Below are positions 9,711 to 17,560 of a DNA stretch of 64,000 bases, one piece after another. Position 1 is the stretch's first letter, and each line of letters begins with the position of its first letter. The notes beneath the pieces are model-generated. The model did not search any database. It was given only the letters and a program-made list of their open reading frames with translations, and had not been told where the DNA came from. A program made the translations under genes and the position numbers. The stretch comes from an uncultured Ignavibacteria bacterium (GTDB taxonomy: Bacteria > Bacteroidota > Ignavibacteria > Ignavibacteriales > Ignavibacteriaceae): the NCBI GenBank assembly GCA_963800255.1, contig CAWDAK010000016.1:12815-76814 (forward strand), read 5' to 3'.

Positions 9711-10230
9711 TTCCTTGCCGCATCACCCCGTCGCGCCCATCGTGTTACGTATTCCTTGCTATTGCTCTTTGTATTCGGTGCAGCGCACCGATATATCCGT
9801 AGCATCCATCTCGAAAACAATCAACCCTTCACACCCGCACGTTGTGCATTCCTTGCCGCATCTCCCGTCGCGCCCATCGTGTTACGTATTCCTTGCTATT
9901 GCTCTTTGTATTCGGTGCAGCGCACCGATATATCCGTAGCATCCATCTCGAAAACAATCAACCCTTCACTACCCACACGTTATGCATTCCTTGCCGCATC
10001 TCCCGTCGCCGCCCCATCGTGTTACGTATTCCTTGCTATTGCTCTTTGTATTCGGTGCAGCGCACCGATATATCCGTAGCATCCATCTCGAAAACAATCA
10101 ACCCTTCACTACCCACACGTTGTGCATTCCTTGCCGCATCTTTCCGTCGCGCCCCATCGTGTTACGTATTCCTTGCTATTGCTCTATGTATTCGGTGCAG
10201 CGCACCGCAACATTCGTAGACGTCCGTACC
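9711..10230. repeat. Tandem array, ~3.8 units of 138-140 bp, of the dispersed repeat family
   Basis: Unit starts (TTCCTTGCCG) at 9711, 9849, 9987 and 10127. Each unit carries CGGTGCAGCGCACCG, the first at 9776..9790. The tail of the last unit switches to the GCAAC.TTCGTAGAC subfamily. Confidence 0.9.
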
Positions 10231-10499
10231 TAAAACCACCCCTCAACACCCATTCCCTCGCTGATCACCGGTGCGATGCACCTAACCCCTTGCCAACTGC
10301 CATTTTCCTGTATGTCATTTTTGTCATACTATTTATTTTTTCAACAGTGCAAAATTGCGTTTTTTCGCTGTTTTCGCATTGTCTCATTTTGAGAGCAAAA
10401 GGCGCATAAAAGGCCCATAACAGGCGCACAAATACTGCATAACAAAGCAGTATGACAAAATGGCAGACTGTTAATTATTTCAACAGGGATATCTACCAA

Positions 10500-10680
10500 C
10501 CTTGCACCTTGATGCGGCGCGTTAAGGCGGGAGGGTTGGTATAAGGAACGGGATATCTATTAACGTATTTCCTAGGTGCATCGCACCATAGAAATGCGGT
10601 AATGTGATGATAGGATTTTCGTTTTTCGGTGCAGCGCACCGACATATCAGCAGCTTAAATGTGCCCCCCCTCATCACCCC
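10500..10680. repeat. Dispersed intergenic repeat family, mixed-orientation copies
   Basis: AGGTGCATCGCACC at ~10575. ATGCGGTAATGTGATGATAGGATTTTCGTTTTTCGGTGCAGCGCACCGACATATCAGCAG matches the units at 17040..17110. Confidence 0.75.
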
Positions 10681-10687
10681 TTAATTG

Positions 10688-12157
10688 TTACTTAATTACT
10701 TCTTCCCTTGTGTATTTATCTCCTGATACTTCAACTGCCGTTTTGTATGCAAGGTCCACTATCTTCTCAAATAATTCCGGGTTCAGGGTTGACGTTTTGT
10801 CCGACGGCTGGTGAAGGTGATCGTAGCTGTTGGTTGTAACAAAGTATAAACAGGGAATCCCCTTTTCGTGGAAGGGGGTGGCATCTGCACCGCCGCCGTT
10901 CCAGGTTGCTTCTACCATCATCTTGCTATTTGCCTTATCAATCTGCCTGGCAATCTGCCATAGACCCGGTGCGCTTTTCCCGTTGCCGATCTTTATGCTG
11001 TCCCCGTATCCTATGCAGTCGAGGTTCAGCATCGCGGCTATCTTTCCGTAACCTTTGTCCCAGCTTTCAACAAAGTGCTTCGCTCCGTATAATCCCTGCT
11101 CTTCGCTCGCAAATAATACAAATATAACCGAGCGCTCAGGCTTTATTTCGTTCCTTGCAAAAGCCTTGGCTATTTCCAGAACTCCCGAGGCCCCCGAAGC
11201 GTTGTCATTTGCGCCCGGGAAAAGTAGTCCCGCCTGCGTGCCTACGTGATCAAGGTGTCCGCCTATAACTATAAATTCATTTTTAAGTTCGGGATCGCTT
11301 CCCTCAATCATCCCCGCCACGTTCATCGTACGCGCTTCCTTCTGGTACTTTGCGTTTACTTCAACCACAGCTTTTGACTGCAGGTTTACTGAGTAAGGTG
11401 CTTTTGCTGAGTCAATATTCTCTTGACACCCGCTTATCGTAATGCCTGACCCGCTTAATAGCTTATCGGCCGCCTCAAGTGAAATGTGAAGCTGGGGAAA
11501 ATCTTCCGGCTGTTCTCCGTCACCATGAAGCACGCTGCCTATCAACGGCTGCGGTTCCTTGTCATTCGGCAGTGAAACGAAGAGTATGCCCTTTGCCCCG
11601 TGACTCATTGCGGTAAGCGACTTCTCCCGCGGATAGCCTTCGCCCCATCCTTTGTCGCCAATCTTCCACCCCGGATTGTACTTGAACACTATTACTACTT
11701 TATCCTTTACGTCTATTCCTGCGTAATCGTCGTAGCCAAGGTCGGGCCGGGAAATTCCGTATCCGCAGAAAGCAGCCGGCAGTGTAAAGTTGCCTGATCC
11801 CGTAAATCCCCGCAGTACAAAGTCCTTCCCGATTTCATATCCGGTTGTGTCTGCGCCTGTTATCACCTTGAAAACAGCAGGTGATTTTATATCGTTATAC
11901 TCAACGTTGAAATTCTGAAAGTAGTTCTCGCCGCCCGCAGGCATCAACCCGAATTCCGAAAACTGACCTGCCGCAAACCCGGCCGCCTTGTTGTAGCCTT
12001 CGCTGCCCGGCAGCCTTCCCCCGAATTCAGGGGATGAAAGGGTGCTGTCGTACTTCAGAAGGTCTTCTTTGTTTATCTTGTACGTCTCAGCAGGATTCTG
12101 TGCATAGGTCATTATTGATGAAAGTAAAAGGGTAAGGGTAAGTAGTGTTGTTTTCAT
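10688..12157 (-). CDS. M28 family aminopeptidase with PA domain
   Basis: Signal peptide. GGHLDHVG, GANDNASGASGVLEIAKAF and ASEEQGLYGAKHF are the canonical M28 zinc-ligand blocks. Confidence 0.85.
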   Translation of the reverse strand: MKTTLLTLTLLLSSIMTYAQNPAETYKINKEDLLKYDSTLSSPEFGGRLPGSEGYNKAAGFAAGQFSEFGLMPAGGENYFQNFNVEYNDIKSPAVFKVITGADTTGYEIGKDFVLRGFTGSGNFTLPAAFCGYGISRPDLGYDDYAGIDVKDKVVIVFKYNPGWKIGDKGWGEGYPREKSLTAMSHGAKGILFVSLPNDKEPQPLIGSVLHGDGEQPEDFPQLHISLEAADKLLSGSGITISGCQENIDSAKAPYSVNLQSKAVVEVNAKYQKEARTMNVAGMIEGSDPELKNEFIVIGGHLDHVGTQAGLLFPGANDNASGASGVLEIAKAFARNEIKPERSVIFVLFASEEQGLYGAKHFVESWDKGYGKIAAMLNLDCIGYGDSIKIGNGKSAPGLWQIARQIDKANSKMMVEATWNGGGADATPFHEKGIPCLYFVTTNSYDHLHQPSDKTSTLNPELFEKIVDLAYKTAVEVSGDKYTREEVIK

Positions 12158-12239
12158 ATCAGGTTATATGTTTATAAAATGTGAGTACAAAAATACGAAA
12201 TGATAATGCATTGTGCATAACCGCAGCGTTTATGAAAGC

Positions 12240-12722
12240 TTACTTGCCTTGTATGGTGTAGTCGCTAACTTCATCCTTATCATTAAAGGCTATTACAAGC
12301 CACCTTGTGCCGCTGCTATACTGTGAGGGTCCCAGGTAGTACTCCATATCCCATTCCGGAAAATTCCTCGTGCTGTCAGGATTCCCAAGCATACTAAGGA
12401 TTCCTGCCCGGTTGTACCCTAGCAGTTTTTTGCGCATCATTAGCTGCGGCATCATTCTGTCACGGGTATTGTCAGCGGGATTTCTGAGACCGGCATTCTT
12501 CCATTTTTCAGATATGAAAGGCAGGTCGTTGGAACCCGGCGCCCCTACATAGTTCATCATCTTCCTGCTTACTGCATAATAAATTGAATCGGAAAAGATT
12601 ACCCCCAGCGCAATGAAAAGAATTAACCCTGCCAGAATGTATTTGTTAGCGAAAAATATTTGGGGGCGCGCAAGGATCAGTAGAAGGAATATCCCTATTA
12701 TTACTATTTTAGGTAATACCAT
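12240..12722 (-). CDS. Hypothetical membrane protein
   Basis: Two N-terminal hydrophobic helices. The C-terminal ~70 aa are faintly BamE/SmpA-like (LGNPDS....W.MEYYLG). Confidence 0.4.
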   Translation of the reverse strand: MVLPKIVIIGIFLLLILARPQIFFANKYILAGLILFIALGVIFSDSIYYAVSRKMMNYVGAPGSNDLPFISEKWKNAGLRNPADNTRDRMMPQLMMRKKLLGYNRAGILSMLGNPDSTRNFPEWDMEYYLGPSQYSSGTRWLVIAFNDKDEVSDYTIQGK

Positions 12723-12950
12723 AACCCGCTCTTGTTTTCGTTCCTGCTTGAACCTATGTTCAAATGCAACTTAATTAGTCCCGCACTTAATTACAATTCC
12801 CCTCTTCATTTTTAATTTAGTATTAACCCGTATGATTACCTGATAGCGCACCATCGGCCGTTGATGTATCCGGGACCTGAGTATTCAATTCGGTTTAATA
12901 CTCAACCACTCAACTGCCCATCCTCTCGACTGCCCATTACCGGTTATTCC

Positions 12951-13436
12951 TTAACCGTTATCCCTTCCGCAATACTCCCTGAACTTATTCAGTATGTACG
13001 GCCATCCCTGCTCTGACTTCATTGCATCATAATATTCCTCCCAGCCTTCTCCATGCTTCGAAAGTTTGCCGTGCTCAAACTCTACTCCCGTTACCTCTGG
13101 CTCTAACTCCTTGAATAATACGGTTATTTCACTGGCTTTGCCGGGATCAGGTTCGGGAACACGGGCGGGACTTATCTGCCAGGTAATTACTAATTTATCC
13201 GGAGCTTCATACGTCATCACTCTTCCCCAGTCGCACCTGAAATTGTAAGGGCCCGTTTCATAGCATTTGCCGCCGGTCTCCGGCTCTATCTTTATTTCTT
13301 CCAGTACCTGCCCCGACCATGTGTATTCCTTCGGCCACCAGCTGTTCAGCCCGGTGATGAATCTCTTAAAGGTTTCTTCCCGCGGAAGCTGTATTTCCAT
13401 TTCAATTTTTATTCTATCATCTTTATTCTGCTTCAT
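12951..13436 (-). CDS. SRPBCC / Aha1-like (activator of Hsp90 ATPase homolog 1-like) domain protein
   Basis: IEMEIQLPREETFKRFITGLNSWWPKEYTW... is typical of AHSA1/SRPBCC. I prefer the internal start MKQNKDD at 13436 over the ORF-track start at 13541, which adds an implausible Cys/Arg-rich leader. Confidence 0.65.
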   Translation of the reverse strand: MKQNKDDRIKIEMEIQLPREETFKRFITGLNSWWPKEYTWSGQVLEEIKIEPETGGKCYETGPYNFRCDWGRVMTYEAPDKLVITWQISPARVPEPDPGKASEITVLFKELEPEVTGVEFEHGKLSKHGEGWEEYYDAMKSEQGWPYILNKFREYCGRDNG

Positions 13437-13722
13437 AATTCTCCTCCTCGGATTATTAGATTTCCTCCTCATACACACAAATTGCATTATATGAGTATTT
13501 GGTCCCGCCTCGGTGATGTACGACCATCTGAGGGACGGCAACGAGGTTTTCCTGTTAACGTAAAAATTATAGGTGTAAATGACTGTGATGGCCTGCTTTA
13601 ATGCTGAACTTCCCGCTTATCTCGCTTTATCTCCACTCATAATTTTCTGCTTTTCAATTGCCCCTAAAGTTTGTTAAAATAGGTTGAATTATTATTTGTT
13701 TTTTCAAACTACTGGAATAAAA

Positions 13723-15759
13723 ATGGTTAAACCCGCTCATTTTATACTGATTGTTTTTGCTGCATCACTCCTTTCTGCCGCAATGATTTATCCCCAGGAA
13801 AAGGGAGATTTTTTAACTAACGCTATGGATACCACCGTCGACCCGGGTGCTGATTTCTTTAAGTACTCAACCGGTACCTGGATGAAGGAGAACCCCATTC
13901 CTGCTTCGGAACGCAGGTGGGGACTTGCAAACCTCGTTAACGAGGAAACTTACTCACGGCTTAAAGGAATCCTTCAGGAGGCTTCTTCTGCGCATTCGCC
14001 CGAGGGAACGGCTAAACAGAAAATAGGCGACTTCTATTTTACGGGTATGGATACGGTCTCTATTGAAAAATCGGGCCTTGATCCCCTTAAACCTGAACTC
14101 GATAAGATCGCTTCCATAAAATCTGAAAAGGATTTGTTCGAAACGGTTGCTCTGCTTCAGCGCGAGGGCGTGAATGTTATGTTCGGTCTCTTTGTTGACC
14201 AGGATATGAAGAACAGCGAACAGTATTCGATGTACTTGTGGCAGGGGGGACTTGGCCTTCCGAACCGCGAATATTACTTCCGCGACGATGCCCGTACTCA
14301 GAATATCCGCGATGAGTATAAAAACTATATCAGCAACTCGCTCGGCCAGCTTGGCGAGGATAATGGCAGCGCCGCAGCTGATGAAAACGTAATCTATACA
14401 ATGGAAAATTTCCTTGCTGATTCGTCACGTAAGCTGGAGGATCTTCGCGATCCTTATGCAAATTATAATAAGATGTCGGTTGCAGAGCTTGAGAAATCCG
14501 CTCCCAATATCGAGTGGGCCGTGCTGCTGAAAGATCTGGGTGCCGGAGGCGTGGATTCAATTATTGTGGGCCAGCCTGAGTTCGTTAACGCTCTTAATGC
14601 CGCCGTTAAAAAGTTTAGTCTTGACGACTGGAAGACATACCTCAGGTTCCACTTCCTTAGTGAGTTTGCAGGCCGTCTTGGAAGCAAATATGACAACGAA
14701 AGATTTCATTTCTACGGAACGGTGATGTCAGGCGTAACGGAGCAGAAACCCCGCTGGAAGAGAATTCAGGATGCCACTGAAGGCGCTATGGGCGAGCTGC
14801 TGGGACAGATTTACGTTGAGAAATATTATTCTCCTAAAACCAAAAAGCGCTATGAAAAAATTGTTGATGATTGTATAGATGCTTTTGCAAACAGGATTAA
14901 GAACCTGGACTGGATGAGCGATTCAACAAAACAGAAAGCGCTGGTTAAGCTGTATGCCGTTACTAAGAAAGTCGGGTACCCTGAGAAGTGGAAGGACTTT
15001 TCTTCTTTGAAGGTTGACCGCGGCTCTTTTGCACGGAATACTATTGGCGCGAATGTTTTCTGGACAGATTACTCGCTTAACAAACTGGGTAAACCGGTTG
15101 ACAGGCTTGTATGGGATTTAACCCCGCAGACCTGGAACGCATACTATAACCCTTCAAACAACGAGATCGTTCTGCCCGCAGCAGCCTTTATTGTACCAGG
15201 TGTTCCTGATTCACTTGTTGATGATGCTGTGGCTTATGCATATGCAGGAGCCTCCACAATAGGGCACGAGCTTACTCACGGTTTTGATGACGAGGGAAGA
15301 CTCTTTGATGAAAAGGGCAACCTGAAGAACTGGTGGACGAAGCAGGATGAGGAAAAGTTCAAAGAGAAAACTCAGATGATGGTTGACCAGTTTAATGAAT
15401 ATGTTGTGCTTGACAGTATGCATATAAACGGTGAGGCTACACTGGGAGAGAATATTGCCGACTTAGGCGGTGATGTTATTGGATGGGATGCTTTTGTAAA
15501 AACAAAGCAGTATAAGGAAGGGAAGAAGATCGCCGGTCTTACTCCTGCCCAGCGATTCTGGATTGGCTACGCTTATTCGTGGCTGGGACATACACGTCCT
15601 GAAGCACTTGCCCAGCAGGTTCTAAGCGACGTGCATTCACCTAACTTCCTGCGCATTAACGGTCCTTTTACAGATGTTGATGCCTGGTACAACTCTTTCG
15701 ATATTAAACCGGATGCACCGATGTACAGGGCCCCCGACAAACGTGTGAGGATCTGGTAA
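13723..15759 (+). CDS. M13 family metalloendopeptidase (neprilysin/PepO-like)
   Basis: HELTHGFDDEG (HExxH) and GENIADLGG motifs, with C-terminal RVRIW, typical of M13. The start is taken at MVKPAHF, ahead of the signal peptide. Confidence 0.9.
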   Translation: MVKPAHFILIVFAASLLSAAMIYPQEKGDFLTNAMDTTVDPGADFFKYSTGTWMKENPIPASERRWGLANLVNEETYSRLKGILQEASSAHSPEGTAKQKIGDFYFTGMDTVSIEKSGLDPLKPELDKIASIKSEKDLFETVALLQREGVNVMFGLFVDQDMKNSEQYSMYLWQGGLGLPNREYYFRDDARTQNIRDEYKNYISNSLGQLGEDNGSAAADENVIYTMENFLADSSRKLEDLRDPYANYNKMSVAELEKSAPNIEWAVLLKDLGAGGVDSIIVGQPEFVNALNAAVKKFSLDDWKTYLRFHFLSEFAGRLGSKYDNERFHFYGTVMSGVTEQKPRWKRIQDATEGAMGELLGQIYVEKYYSPKTKKRYEKIVDDCIDAFANRIKNLDWMSDSTKQKALVKLYAVTKKVGYPEKWKDFSSLKVDRGSFARNTIGANVFWTDYSLNKLGKPVDRLVWDLTPQTWNAYYNPSNNEIVLPAAAFIVPGVPDSLVDDAVAYAYAGASTIGHELTHGFDDEGRLFDEKGNLKNWWTKQDEEKFKEKTQMMVDQFNEYVVLDSMHINGEATLGENIADLGGDVIGWDAFVKTKQYKEGKKIAGLTPAQRFWIGYAYSWLGHTRPEALAQQVLSDVHSPNFLRINGPFTDVDAWYNSFDIKPDAPMYRAPDKRVRIW

Positions 15760-15793
15760 GTGAATTGATTAGTGGGGTTGTCTTAAATATGTC

Positions 15794-15814
15794 ATTCCGA
15801 ATTTATTTCGGAAT
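15794..15814. terminator. Hairpin ATTCCGAA-TTTAT-TTCGGAAT between convergent genes, nested in an outer inverted repeat (TGTCTTAAA / TTTAAGACA)
   Basis: Perfect 8-bp stem between the M13 stop (15759) and the protease-gene stop (15865). The outer arms lie at ~15778..15787 and ~15846..15855. The same 25-mer GTCATTCCGAATTTATTTCGGAATC recurs at 61071..61188. Confidence 0.55.
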
Positions 15815-15864
15815 CATCGCTTATCAGCTTGACAATATCCGATCTTTTAAGACAGCCTCATTCT

Positions 15865-16909
15865 TTATTCCCCCTCGCGGGATTTCAGGGTAATCTCGTA
15901 GCCCTCGCTTCTTAACATAACACGATTCTTATACAAAAAATCTTGTATCGCTTCAGCAGGTATTATCTTCGTTATGCCGTACTTTATGCTTTTATGAATT
16001 TTAGGGTAATTCTCCCCTTCGTACGGAATCAGCGTGTTGTATTTTCTGCCCGCTCCCAGTTTTTGAGGCGCTAAGAAAACCTCCTCTTCTTCAGGTACCC
16101 ACTGTACCATTCCAACCATCTCAAAGTGCGGTACGCCGTCTCTTATTGCAAGCACAAGCCCCCCGCTGAATCCCGGGTTAACAACTGCGTCTACAAGGAA
16201 CGAGCCCTGACTGTCGCGGTTGGGACTGCTAACGATCGCCTTTGTAACCATCTGGTAATTTATGGGGTAACCGAACAAATATACAAATGTGCCCCACTCA
16301 AGCTGCTTTGAATAACCGGCGGGGTAGGGGAATACAGGAATCCTGAAACCCGTCTGCGCACTGTATTTCTTCCCCAGCAATGCTATATCAGCCTGGTCAT
16401 CTTTTACCAGTAGTTCAACTTCGCTTCCCTCGGGAAATCCTGCCACATAAATATGCTCTTTATCTTTTATGGAGATGGTTTCAAGATAAGGAGTGGTCAT
16501 TCCGCTTTTATCTGTCCTGTATGCCGCAATCGTATCAGGGAAACTTACTATATGTGCGCAGGTAATTAAAGCAATTGCCCCGTTCTGCGAGGATACTGTA
16601 AACGCTGTACCCGACAATGAATTATTGCCGTACTCTACCGAATCAGCCTTCTTACTGAATACTCTCATCATTCAGCGCTGAATACCTTACTTTATCTTCC
16701 GGAGAAAACTTGTATATCTTATAAAATACGGTGCAGGTTATCCGCTGGACAGATTCGCTTATTCTTTCAAGTTCAGATGAGGATGATTTATAAGGGAATT
16801 CGCTGTCGTACTTCCCATCATTGAGTGTAGGGTAAACAGTTTCAAGAGTGGTAGAACATGAGTTTAGTATTAAAGAGATTAAAACAAGCGGGAATATCTT
16901 TTTCAACAT
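15865..16909 (-). pseudogene. Trypsin-like serine protease lipoprotein, apparently split by a +1 frameshift
   Basis: ORF 16652..16909 encodes only a lipoprotein signal (LISLILNSCS) plus ~60 aa. ORF 15865..16671 has no signal but carries LITCAHIV (His) and NPGFSGGLV (GxSGG Ser). The ORFs overlap by 20 nt, and 16909-16671 = 238 = 3n+1. Confidence 0.5.
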
Positions 16910-16980
16910 TTTGGCTCATATTTATTTGACTAAATCTAAACAGAAAGTAAAAACTAGTCAAATAATCTGGAAAAAGACCG

Positions 16981-17547
16981 GGGGGATGCGGATTGGATAC
17001 GGTTGATCTATTAACGTTGCGGTGCGATGCACCGGGGGGATGCGGTAATGTGATGAGAGGATTTTTGTTTTCGGTGCAGCGCACCGGTATATCAGTAGGC
17101 CCCGATATCCACCATCCCCCACACTCTCTGTCACCGAGTGGGGATGCGGTAATTGTGATGATGGTTGATATATTCATTTTTCGGTGCATGCACCAGTGAA
17201 CGGTAATGTGATGAGATGATTTTCATTCTTCGGTGCAGCGCACCGATACATCAGTAGGCCCCGGTATCCACCCCCCACGCTCTCTGCTCCCGTGAACGGT
17301 AACGTGATGATATGATTTTCATTCTTCGGTGCAGCGCACCGGTACATCAGTAGGCACCGATATCCACCACTCTCTCACGTGTCTTCGGTGCAGCGCACCG
17401 GTGATATCAGTAGGTACCGATATCCACCCTCCTACGTTTCTCGTGCCCCCGTGAACGGTAACGTGATGATATGATTTTCATTCTTCGGTGCAGCGCACCG
17501 ATACATCAGTAGGTACCGGTATCCACCCCCCCCACACTCTCCGTCAC
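16981..17547. repeat. Composite array of the dispersed intergenic repeat family
   Basis: Five near-identical 41-nt units TTCGGTGCAGCGCACCG(A/G)TA(C/T)ATCAGTAGG.ACCG.TATCCACC. Most are preceded by GTGAACGGTAA(C/T)GTGATGA.ATGATTTTCATTC. One reverse-orientation A/B-type copy sits at ~16990..17035. Confidence 0.9.
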
Positions 17548-17560
17548 CTAAAGCGAGGCG

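Noticed and set aside
9711-10230. CRISPR array hypothesis for the tandem repeats (also considered for 16981..17547)
   Set aside because: The whole 138-140-nt unit is conserved, so there are no unique spacers. In 16981..17547 the inter-unit sequence is itself repeated. No cas genes are present in the window.
9715-10409. ORFs 9715..9939, 9756..10079, 9842..10219, 9982..10233 and 10122..10409
   Set aside because: These are overlapping ORFs in all three forward frames across the 138-140-bp tandem array. They are an artefact of repeat periodicity, not genes.
16842-17199. ORFs 16842..17189 (-) and 16993..17199 (+)
   Set aside because: Both lie mostly within the repeat array. The minus ORF also overlaps the lipoprotein-signal ORF. 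There is no plausible protein features.
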